A DNA stretch of 64,000 nt, taken from contig NW_003314304.1 in assembly GCF_000143415.4 (NCBI RefSeq), positions 254,169 through 318,168 of the forward strand. The letters are read 5' to 3'. Positions 14,342 to 25,859 of the stretch are shown here, piece after piece. Numbering within the stretch: position 1 is the first letter of the stretch; each line of letters opens with the position of its first letter. Under the pieces are notes generated by a model, which ran no database searches, was not told the DNA's origin, and saw only the letters and a list, made by a program, of their open reading frames with translations. This DNA comes from Selaginella moellendorffii. Its lineage: Eukaryota; Plantae; Lycopodiophyta. Position numbers and translations under genes: made by a program.

Positions 14342-16020
14342 CTAGAAACACTTCTCAAGCTCTACAATTGTAAGGCTTGCCTGATGGATGTGATGTTCGA
14401 CCTTAAGATCTTGGTTTAATTCCTGCATAAAAATGTAATACATGTGCTTGTAGGCTAAATATACTTTTCCCCTGTTCTCCCTCTGTACAAAATCTGGATA
14501 GGTACAGAATGGATTTTTGCAAATTCTGATAGTGTAGCTCGTACCCTTTGACGACTTAGTCACAACAACAAACTCCTTAGCCATGGCACTGATGTAATTT
14601 ATCCTTGTGATTGTGCATTTCAACGCCTTTGCCAGCTTGATCTTCTCTTGTGCACCTTTTAAAATGGAAAACCTATATTGTACAGCCTTCCCATTTCTAG
14701 CTGGTCGTGTATGCCGGTCTAGTGTTGACATTGGTGGCATAGCAGTATCAATAGCAACATTTGAGGAAGTCTTCAGCTTGAAACCAGCTTTTTCCAGACT
14801 TTCAATCTCTTCTTTTATCGCTCAACTGGCCACTCCTTTGGCACAAAATCTGGCTTTGAGATAATTGAGCTGTGGATCCGGTTTGTATGAGTAACATCAG
14901 TCCCACAATATTAAATCCAACTTGACTGGCAGCCCTTTACCCTTAGATCTCGACAGCCCCAAAAACATGGTATTGCTGAAGAACTTGAACCTGAGCGCAC
15001 AAATGCAAGACATTGACCTCAACTCCCAATCATTCCAGAGTAATGCACATTACTCTTGGCACTGACTCCTCGAATTTCCTAGTTGATACGAGAAACTGGC
15101 TCACAAGCAATAATCTTCTCAACCTCTGGCACTGGATTTACTTGTGTAATAATTGGCACCTCCTCCACTCCATGTTCCTTAGTTCTTCTCTAGTGTTGTG
15201 GAACAGAATGGTAGTCAAACTCTGGACGATGAGAGCTAGAAGGAGTGATGTTGGGCTCATCAAACGTCTGTTGACGCTTCAAATGGGCTGTCCTTATATC
15301 CCCAAGTGGTTCATAACTTGATTCCATAGGAGTTCTAGTAACAACTTCCCCCACCATCTTAGATATTGACCCTACTGCTAGTGTTGTCCTTCTACCAACC
15401 TGCTCTTGAAGCTTGTCTAAGTTTGGACCTATACTAGCAAACCTTGCTTCCTGTGTAGCCAAAGCTTTTGATGACTACTCAAGAGATCTAGTGAGGTAGA
15501 AGAGTGTAGCTTTATAAAGGGACACTTTTCCTTTCCTTGCTTCGGAAGCTCTCCAACTCCAATATTTTTTCTCAGAGAGATTAATTGTTAGTGTAAGTGC
15601 AATGTCATCAAGTGGTTGATCCTAAGAAAAATGCAACATTTGAATGTGACAAAAAACGAAAATGAAAGAAAACTTAAATGGAGAATATAATGGCCCTACT
15701 GAAATATTTGAACTTCCCACCATGCAAGCCAACACTCCATTTGTGGAAGGTGTTCAATTGGCACTTTGTCTCTTTCACGCCACCATATACACATCTCATT
15801 TGCTTTTGCCTTGTGCTCCTCTTTAGTTGGTGCATCCATCCATTCCTAACAAAGCTGCTTGAACTTGTGATGGAAGCTAGGCTTGATGCATCGACAATGT
15901 TCATTGATGCTCTTTGCCCAATGAAACTCACAACTCTTCTCTCTACCTTATAATGGCTGACTTTTATCACTTCTGAATACTTGTCGTACAGCCAACTATT
16001 TAGCACCAGTAGCATCTGCC
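14342..16020 (-). pseudogene. MULE-type DDE transposase with C-terminal SWIM zinc finger (5' part continues at about 30453-30640)
   Basis: With the B insertion removed it reads HVMADATGAK*LAVRQVF...REKSCEFHWAKS (CxxH at 15921-15932)...WLAWW...TINLSEKKYWSW (catalytic E near 15572)...YTIRICKNPFCTYPDF...AYKHMYYIF (decayed SWIM). The first catalytic Asp was not found. Confidence 0.8.
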
Positions 16021-17000
16021 TATAAGCGACTAAATTTTCCATTCTACTTTAGTCACTTAACCACACCTTCGACCACTTGGAGGAGTCTCACTCACAACCT
16101 CCATAAGTCCTATTTCGGACTTGGGCTTGCTAGCCCCGAGAATGGCATCCCCGCCACTCAACCTTTGCACTTGGTCCAAGTGCTCCACGTGTCCATTCCC
16201 ATGACCAACACCCCAAGGTACCATTGATATACTGGCCCGTTACACTAAGGCCATGCCCATTCACCTTAGTCATACTGGTGGTCCAACACCACTTGCATCG
16301 CAATCTCGTCTCTCAAAGACTGGGCCATCCGTCAATAAGTGACCATCCTAGGTCCACTCCTTAGCATCCTTAGGATGCCCATAGACATAGGGAATGGCCT
16401 TTCCCAATATCCCCCTACCAAGCCCTTTTTCCGTCCATGGACATGTTCACCAACACTACCACTAGATCAAGGCCCACGGGCTTGACCACTAAGTCCCACT
16501 GTCTTCTAGGACTTCCTCACTGTGTGACTGTGTCCTTGGTCACCACACCAGAGGGCTCCTTTCCACAGACTAGGACTTTGGGACAACATTTCGGAACACC
16601 GTGGCCCTATGCGAGCCCCGTGGTACTCTCCCCACCTTCCGCCTTTAGGTGCTCTAGCTGTGGGCTTAAAGCGAGGTTCCGTTGAGCCACACCAGGTATC
16701 CAAGTAGGTAGTGCCACCCACACTTGGACTGGGAGCATCGGCCAGTCAATCTCTCGGGGGAACTAGAGCCGGCTCTTGAACACTTCACCAAGCTACCCCG
16801 CTTGTCAGTCTATATTCACTCTAGTCTTGGACTTCCCAGTGGTCAGTTCATCACCCAACACTGGGTCTGGCCTTCTTGGGCCAAACTGGCCTTTCCTGGC
16901 CAAACTAGCTCCACTGCAGTCCTCCCCCTTACTATACTTTTGGAGCTCACCAAACCCCCTAGGGTCTGGGAGACGAACGCTTTGGGCTTTCACCCTCTTA

Positions 17001-17527
17001 GACTCGAACTCGGACTCGGACTTGGACTCAGACTCGAACTCGGCCTTGGCCTCAGTCTCGGTCTCGGTCCCAGTCTCGGTCTCGGTCTCGGTCTCGGTCC
17101 CGGTCTCGGTCTCGGTCTTGGTCCCGGTCTTGGTCCCGGTCTTGGTCTCGACTTCGGACTCCATCTCGGGTCCTTCTCGGACTCCATCTTGTACTCCATC
17201 TCGGATTCCGTCTCAGTCCATCTCAGACTTCGTCTCGGTCCATCTCGGACTCCATCTCGGGTCCATCTCGGACTCCATCTCTGACTCCATCTCGGGTCCA
17301 TCTCGGACTCCATCTCGATCCTTCTCAGACTCCATCTCGGACTCCATCTCAGACTCCATCTCGGGTCCATCTCGGACTCCATCTCGGACTCCATCTCGGT
17401 CCATCTCGGACTCCATCTCGGGTCCATCTCGGATTCCGTCTCAGAGTCCATCTCGGACTCCATCTCAGTCCATTTCGGACTTGATCTCGGACTCCACCTC
17501 TGACTCCAACTCGGGTCCATCTCAGAC
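17001..17527. repeat. 6/12-bp tandem array (GGTCTC, GACTCCATCTCG) inside the B LTR
   Basis: Visible periodicity. Shorter related arrays occur in all A and B LTRs (e.g. 650-820, 2445-2695, 34605-34840, 40685-40935, 44560-44900). Confidence 0.95.
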
Positions 17528-18840
17528 ACTTCCACGTGTCATGTGTTGGTCCTTTTGGGTCCCTTTTTGGAGCCTTGCTTATTGCTCGCTTCATGCTCGT
17601 TCCTTGAGCACTCCATTGGGAGTTCCACTCCCGCTCTCGACCTTCCAAGTCAGAGCTTTTAGTCCAAACGTGTTACGCTCGTTTGGCTTTCGCTTCGGCC
17701 ACTATCACGTGGCACCCTTTTCGACTCCACTTTGGGGCCTAGGGGTTTTGTGTCTCACAACTCCACCACCTATAGATGAAGTTCGATGTCCTCATCGAAC
17801 GGTAAACCCTTTTATAAAGTAACACTCGCAAGTATTACCATTTCTATCCTTGGCACCTAGCCAATATTTGTCTATGGTTTGACCCCGAAGGCTCGCCATG
17901 CTTTGTCCATCCTCTAAGGAGCATAGTCTCTCTAACATAGAGACTCACTCGACCACCTGGGGTGGTTTGCTCCCTTTTAATTGTTCAGTTCTCGCTAAAC
18001 CCATTAGAGACACCCTCTCTAACTCAATTCCACTACTCATTCTCGAGTAGTCTCAGATTCCATTGACATAACCTCTGCACTTTGGAACTTTTAATTTTGA
18101 CTTTTCCGAATCAATTTCGTAGGTGTCTTCGACACCTTACGTTGCACATGGTGCAACTCCACTTCCCTATCTTAGGAAGTTCTTTACTTGAGGGTACCAT
18201 CATCCTCTCTTTGATATCGTGCCACCTTTGGGCACTAAGTTCCAGTTATCATAATTGGTGTTAGGGTTGCCCATGGCCCTATTATTTGGCTACCTTACCA
18301 CTCCCCCCTTTGGAGCATCCACTTTCGCCAAATCGGAGCAGTTGGGAATCCATCCTTGGGGAAATATTGCCTTTCCCACAATCCATTAGCACCCAACACA
18401 TTAGTGTTCTCGGCCTAACTTTGCCATTTGGATTTTTTCCCATGATTCCCATGGCTCTTTTCTTAGCCATTAGTCTTTTGCTCCTATCCTTGATTGTTGC
18501 ACCTAGCAACATAGGATTACTACCTCCATTTTTGAGGTTTCCTTTCGGTTCTATAGCAAACATTTTGCTTTGCCAAGTCCAGAGGTGTTCACCCCTAGAC
18601 GGTTCACCTAAAGCAAAACGTCTCTTTAACATTTTCTGTCGTGGGCTCTATCCACGGCCCAACTTTTTGAAACCCTCCCTTGGATCTCTTATAGAGATTA
18701 CTTTCCTTGGACTTACTATGCCATAACATTTACATAGCTCATTTCCCTTAGGTGTTCTTCCCACTTGGTCACCTTGACTAAGCCACACCTTTATCAATAG
18801 TTCAAATCAACACTTTGAACTAAGAATCATATTCCTTAAC

Positions 18841-21800
18841 AGTCAGACGATTGGGCACACGTTGAGTCCATTGGAAATGAGGATACGACCGGCTCGGCGG
18901 TTGGGGCGGCCTCATATGGGTCCAATGGCGCCTGGTCACCGTCAGTTGGATACGTGGACAAGATTGACTCAGTGGTATGGGCAGCATCAAGTGGAGCGTG
19001 GTCAGCTTGCTTGGCGTTGATATGGATAGTAGTCTCCACCAGCTCTGATGACTCTTGCAGGCAAGTAGAGTCCACTGGCGGATCCATATGCATGTCCAAA
19101 TATCTCCCTTCGATTGAGATGGTATCCTCCCTACTGGCTACTAAAAACAAACTCATTAGCACATTGAATCAACTATACTGTATTTACCATCAACTGCTAT
19201 TGAGGAACTAGGACTGATATCACTTGGGCGCACTGCTGATTCTGAAGGATTGGACATACGTTTCGACCCTTGCTTGGCACTATCCTTCCTCGACACTAAA
19301 GGCTAGAGTTTGTATCTTAATTCAACTGAATAATCTCTACTTACCATTTGCTCTGCGACCTACATGGACAATGTTAGAAATGGTAAAAGGTTAGGAATGG
19401 ATGTACTATTATTTACCTGATGGTTTGTCTTGTATGACCTTCCTCCGCTGCTCTTTGGCCACCTCAGGCTGGCCATCGTCGTCATCATCGTCGTCGTCAT
19501 TATTGTGATCATCACCATTGTGAGGACCATCTAAGTCCTCTTCGTCCTCCTCTTCTTCATCCTCTTCTTCTTCGTCCTCCTCTTCTTCATCCTCCTCTTC
19601 TTTGTCCTCCTCTTCGTCCTTCTGCTCTTCCTACTCATTATCTTTCTCTGGCTCCTCATCCCCCTCCTGCATTTCTTCCATAGACTGCTCAGGTTGGATG
19701 GCTTGTTCTTCCAGGACCATCTTGGGAAAATCATCTGGTCGAGTCTCCATCTCAAAATACAAGACATCCATAGCCTGTTTTAGTGCGTGACCTAGGACCG
19801 TATCCTCACCCGACTGTCTTAACATGGTTTCTGCACGTTCTTGCACCCTTCGAAGACAACGAGATGAGAAAAACATGGCCCTGACTTGAAAAGCATCCCT
19901 CATCCATTGTACCTCTCCATTGAGATTGGGGAAGGGGAGTCCGCCATCGGAATCTGAGTCACGAGGTGGTGACTGACTGCTTTCACTCAGCCCTTGATCT
20001 GCAATGAATGGCATGAGCACACATGCCATAACCGCGAGGCATTACCTATCATCTTTTCGTTGCCCTTCTTCCTTTTCGAATCAAACGCCTCTGATCCCGA
20101 CGATTGTCCAACGTGCTTTTGCTTTTTATGACCACTGTCAGTTTGAGCTTGGCTGGTGCTTGCCTGTTTTGCCTTTGAAGAAGTGTCTCCTGCAAGGAAT
20201 GGCATGAGACCACACGCCATTGCAAATATAATTTGTACCTCCTTTTTTCCTATTGCTTGTCTATTTGTCCTTCTTCGACGCGCTACCAGTGCGCTTTTCA
20301 GTCCTCGTGTCTGAATATTCACAACGATCTATAATCAAAATGGTGTGAGGCCTCACGTGACCTTACCTTGTGCAGGTTGTGAGCTCGGCCCAACATGGGT
20401 ATCTTCAACAGTAGCTGTTAACGCCGTTTCAGCATCTGGGGGTGGCCACACTCTTGCATACAGAGCTTGTGAGATAACATTTAAAATTAAAGTGCGTACT
20501 CACCAGGTTCGCAGAGAAGATACTATTTTTCTTTGGCAACTGTAATTATATGCTACATTGAAGTCACCTCTTCAATGGAGTTTGTCACCGCAACACACGG
20601 GACACCCTTGAGTAGTGCGGCTCGAAAGAATAGTCCGCCGTAGTTGTACTCGACAACGCATTTGCCCTTGGAGTCGGAAGCAGGTGACCCACCCGCTATT
20701 GCGTTGAAGACCTAGCTGAGCATTTCCCATGCTGCACTTGGAGCTTTCTCTGGATTCGAAAGCTCCATAGCCGTCTTCAGTTCCTCAGGCACGGGTAAAT
20801 TGACCTCCCTCAGATTAATTCGATCGGCCTTGTCGAACGAAGCTGGGAAGTCACTCCAGTCCCACTCTACTGCAGGACCAATAACAAGGGCGAGTGTGAA
20901 GATGCGGACATTCGTCGATATCTTCTTCTTAGCCATTATCCCATGGATCTCCTGCATCTCCTTGCCTTTCAACCGAGCCTTCACCTCGTTCAAGGCCTTC
21001 TAGAACTTATGATAGGATTCGGAGTCATAGATCATATAGTGGACTGAAGATTCCACCTCCACAAGTCCCACCATTAAGTCAATGATGGAGCTGACTTCGT
21101 CTGCATGAGTGATCTCCTCGTTTGTGAAGTCCATCACATAAAAGATGTTCTTGACCGGCTCATCTCCGCGGGAAACGATGCTCCTCCACCTTTGATCCTC
21201 ATCCGAATTCACGTATACCCGGTAAGGTTCTCGATAGGCCTCTGCTGCGGGGTCAAGCTGTTTCTGAAGCCGGCAGTCGACATCCCTCTTAATGAAATTT
21301 GGATACTGATCCAACTTCTCAGCTTTACTTTTCGTGGCATCCTACAGCAGATCGATGAACTTGGGGGCCCCCTTCACGTACTCGTTGATGTCTTCATTTG
21401 ACAACTCCAGCTCTTCCATCATCTCTTGCGTGGTGTCGATGCTCACCCTCTCCACGGCCACTTGCTCGAAGATCCAATCCTTCAATAGCGCACGAGCTCT
21501 CAGAGTCATGCACAAGTCCTTGTATGTCACAATATGGTCAGGAGTCATTTTGGTCTTGTTGAAGACTACCTCACCACGTAGAAGAGCATTAGCCACTGTC
21601 AGAAGGTCGTCGTCGTCTAGAGACCGCGAGAAACGCAAGGCATTGAGCTTCAAATCATTGGGCTTCCGGCCGTCCTCCACGCCCATTGAGTTTAACAACT
21701 CCCCGTCATGGTACCTCCTCAGCACATCTACCCATTTGTCAAAAACAACTTTTTTTGCGAGTAGAATGTTATGGATGCTGAGTGTGTCATTGACCCCCAG

Positions 21801-23450
21801 TGTTTTCGAGAGAAGACTCAAGAATTCCTGCAATGGAAATGGCGTGAGGCCACATGCTATGCCACATGCAACGAGGCTTACCTGCCAGGCGCTAGTTGCT
21901 AGTGCACGTCCTTGTCCTGGTTTTTGTGGCTTCTTCAGTTGAACCCAGAGCTTCCGTGTTCGTGCCAATGTCTCGTGCAGACCCAATTTGTAGCACGTTT
22001 CTTGCTTGACATTCTACGCGTGGGAGATGTATATGATAGATCGGAGGGGCGAGTTGCCTTTTATCAGGTGGACAACTCTTGTCTTGAAGACTTTCTTCAC
22101 CTCCTCACCCACCATAATATCCACAACTATCTCTTGCATCGCCAAGCTAGAATGCTGCCCGGAGACGACATAGAACTGGATGTTCTAATCATCCAACACC
22201 TTCCTATTAATCAAGTCTGGAAACCTCGTCTCGCCCTTCATTGTTCGGTAGTAGGGGATCATGTCTGCAATGTTGGGTGTTACTGGACTTGCCAGCATCT
22301 TCTGCTTCAGTTTCTCCACCCACTCATCAGATACTAGCCTGTGGTTGTATTTGCTTTGGATGTCGATACAGCTCACGTCGATTGTATATACTTTGTTAGA
22401 ATAGTAACAAGTACTATTATCTACGACGATTTTTGCTGCCTCTTCTTGCTCTTTCTACTCTTTGCGGCTCTTCTTTTTGGTGGGTGTAGTGTTCGAACTC
22501 GAGGCAATGGCATCACCGAGTAGCTTCTTTTTTGGAGCAGGAGAGTCGGACATCGGCTTGAGCTTGACCACCCTTTTCTGCTTTGGGGTAGTTTCCAGAT
22601 CGACCCCCTTCCCCTTTGCTTCGCGAACTGGAGGCACTCTCAACAGCTCAATGTTGGAATATAGTTTTTGAACATCGCCGTAGGTGAGGTCTGTGGATTC
22701 CATGTGATCTTCATAAACCCGCAGCGTCTTTGAAATTGTGGGCCTCCTGGACAACCTCTCCCTAGCTCCCTCTAGGAATTCCTCATAGCCACTGCCCCCC
22801 TCCGGGAAGCCACTAGGATGTGCAAGGTGGATCTTGAAGGCGGACGCTGTCTCTACCACAAGTGCCAGTCCATATTCATGCATGGAACTACATAGAGTGT
22901 CTGTCACTTGGATGAGGATCCCCATGCATTCTTTTCTCCCACCATCTGTGTTGTACAGCCTTAGATCCTCGCCTTCCATCCCGAAAGTCCAACTGGTGAG
23001 CTCCTCCCCCTTCTCTGCATCCACATTAATAGTGGCTGGAAGAAGAACGCAATTCCTCGCCTGTTCAAAAATGCACAACAATTAGAGCTGACAAATGAAA
23101 AGCTAGCAGCTGGAAATAACGTGAGGCCACACGCCATTCACCACTGCATCAGATGTCTTGAGGCTGCATCCTAAGATGGCGTGAGGCTACACGCCATCTG
23201 TAACCGGACTGCACTCGAGAGCCCAATCGGTGCCTGCCAATGTTGCTACTGAATGGCATGTGGCCTCATGCCATTTTCTACTTGGCCTAAAAGACTTACC
23301 ATTTGAAGCCGAATGGAGGCGTGACAATCGAGGCCGGACTCGCTGGCGAATGTGCACTGTGTGTGCAGTGGATCGTAGCAGCAAGGCTACTCTGCCACTT
23401 ACAATTGGAGAGTGGCGCTGAAATCTCCCGGGACGCCAAGTGGGCTGCAT
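18841..23450 (-). pseudogene. Multi-exon cargo gene: ParB/Srx-like domain, degenerate amino-MTase-like region and acidic tail; 3'-truncated
   Basis: HRLVSDEWVEKLKQKM...FYVVSGQHSSLA (22140-22345). EKAPSAAWEMLS*VF...GKCVVEYNYGGLFFRAALLKGVPCVAV (20585-20750). E/D-rich tract at 19475-19680. GT-AG introns of 47-54 bp (19999-20045, 20190-20238, 21828-21881). Start position uncertain. Confidence 0.55.
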
Positions 23451-24334
23451 GTGGGTGGCAGAGTGGGCGGCGGAGTTGGCGGCGAAGTTACAAACTGGGT
23501 GTGTCTTGAAGTGGACGCCAATGCACACGAGTGCGATGCGAGCGCGAGTGTGATGCAAGCGCGAGTGGATGCCGATGCACACGAGAAACCTGTAGAGAAG
23601 GTAGATGAGCGCGAATGTGAGCGTGATCGCGAGTGGGAGCGCGATACGAGCGCGAGTATGAAGCAAAATGCAAAACCTAACCTCACACACGTGAAATGTC
23701 ACGACGGTTGGTAATCCCGCAACGTCATCGTTCCTCGGACTTGGGCGCCACCATTAATTTCTGGATCGCCGCGCGCATGCATGCACGTGAAATCCAAAAG
23801 AAATCCGCAACATCATCATTCTTCGGACTGCATGCACGCGAAATCCAAAAGAAAGATCATGATTGGGATATCATTTAATACCCTCGCTATATTTATACCA
23901 TGCATGATTGGATATTCCAAAGCATCTTGTATTTCCAAAAATGCCAGATGTTCAGCTAAATAAAGAATGGTATACAATGTCCTTCTTGATGACCCTGCAA
24001 AGAAGCATCTCGATCGGACACCACATGAGACCACACGAGCCTTACAATGTTTCAGGGGCATTTGCCATAGATCTAACCGTTATTTTGCTCCAAGATTCTA
24101 CAGTTTGGTGTGCATTGACCTTTCCATCGACACTGCAAAGGGACATCACAATCAGATGCGGGATCACAAGAAACCAACTTCACTAACTCTGGTTTCACCA
24201 AGATCTACGTAAGGAGTTATGAAATGAAAGGACCCTCTCTATTGAAATGTGTTTATGGTCTTAAGGGCATTGTGATATATCAAAGGATTTTGCATCAAGT
24301 TCTGTATTTGCATGTTTATCAAGCTACTGAATTG

Positions 24335-24361
24335 CTAAACCCTAAACCCTAAACCCTAAAC
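24335..24361 (+). repeat. Interstitial plant telomeric repeat, (CCCTAAA)3+
   Basis: CTAAACCCTAAACCCTAAACCCTAAAC between the two divergent genes of the Sola-like element. Confidence 0.9.
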
Positions 24362-25478
24362 ATGTGGCAAATGCTGCGTGAAGAAAGATGCCCTTTCTGG
24401 GCAAATGCTGTAAGAGGCAGATGCCGAGCAGATGTATCTCAGACTAGCGAAGGGGACAAACGAAAGCTAGCTATAAACATGACAGGATGCAAATAGATTA
24501 CTAGGCTGGTCTTGCGAAAATCAAAAACCAATTGAAAACATTGAAAATGCAAAAAGAAAGGTTTATAATATTTTTGAATTTTAAGCAACCAAAGGAATGT
24601 AAGTAGGGCATGTGTTTGTAAGTTTAAAAATGCCTCAACCACTTAAATTCCCAAGTAAATAAAGCTGTTTCTATTTTTGGTACAGGTAAACTTTATAGCG
24701 TGTGTGCTCATGCAATTTTGAACCCAAAAATGCACCAAAAAATGCTCGACTAGCATTATTCTTTGAATGGCGTGTGGCCTTATATTGCCATAAATAGACG
24801 TACACACACAGCATAATTATTCCTTTACACAGCGAATAATCTTGGCACGGATCGCTGACATGGCATAGCAAAGTTCGAATCACTGACATGGCACAGCTGG
24901 ATCAAGGCAAGGACATGATGTGACAAAGTTCAACGTCCGACAGCAAAGTCTAGAAGCTACTCAGTTTGAAATTTGTCAGAGGAATCATAAGATTTGGTTT
25001 GTCAGAGGATTTGATGTGACGTTCAAGCGTGTGTTATTTTTGAATTCTCGAACTCATTCCTAGATTTATCATTTTTGTGCGCCGTGTTCTTGGTTCCGCT
25101 GAGCGCAGTGAGCACTGCTTGTGTAAGCGGCGTTGTGAGCTGTGGTTTATGCGTCTACGAGCGGTTGCGGCATTGCGAGCGCCATTGTGAGCGGCAGTTT
25201 ATGCGAGTGGCAGTTTGTGCGAGCGGCACTACGAGCAGTTGTGGTGTTGCAAGCGGCGCTACGAGTGGTTGCGGTGTTGCGAGCGGCACTGTCTTTGGTG
25301 TGGCTACCGCTTCCTCTTGATATTCGGCACTTGTGCTTCCTGGTATGTTCACCATGGAATGGCTTAGGACCACATTTAGAAATGGCATGAGGCCACATGC
25401 CATCTTGGGCCCTTGCAATTTCATGGCTAGCGTATTGTCATGTATGTTTTTACTTGCCTGCAGCTGTGTGTATATCAA

Positions 25479-25672
25479 GATGGCATGAGGCCTCATGCCA
25501 TCTTTGGCCCCTGCTAGCGTATTGCCATATTCCTTTTGCCTTGCTGCAACTGTATATATTTTTGTATGGGTGACTAGTCACGCACACAAAAACATATACA
25601 GTTGCAGTAAGGCAAAAGGAATATAGCAATAGGCTAGCAGGGGCCAAAGATAGCGTGAGGCCTCATGCCATT
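25479..25672. repeat. 194-bp imperfect inverted repeat centred on GTGACTAGTCAC and bounded by two 24-bp palindromes
   Basis: The arm CTTTGGCCCCTGCTAGC...CCTTTTGCCTTGCTGCAACTGTATAT pairs with ATATACAGTTGCAGTAAGGCAAAAGG...GCTAGCAGGGGCCAAAG. Confidence 0.92.
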
Positions 25673-25859
25673 AGTGGTACCACTAATGGCATGAGGGCTC
25701 ATACCAATTTTGTGAATGCGAAATTTCACGTGGGTGTCAATAGCATGTTTGAATAATGGCATGTGGCCTCATGCTATTGAGGTTGTTTGGTATGTTATGA
25801 TTTAGGCCATTCTCCAATTATTTTTTGTATGGTCTTAACTTCTTTTTTGCACTTTCAGA

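Noticed and set aside
15674-16042. 122-aa ORF from the track as the MULE protein
   Set aside because: The transposase motifs (MAD, CEFH, WLAWW) are in another frame, and this ORF starts inside the B LTR.
16724-17822. Long overlapping ORFs (348, 186, 181 aa and others), and similar ORFs at 600, 2307, 40501 and 44377
   Set aside because: They arise from stop-free 6/12-bp tandem arrays inside LTRs and are open in several frames on both strands.
24335-24361. Chromosome end
   Set aside because: Under four repeat units, internal to a transposon.
23187-25496. ORFs over the GCGA-rich and 30-bp tandem repeats (23187-23714, 25075-25496)
   Set aside because: Low-complexity repeats open in many frames, with no domain evidence.
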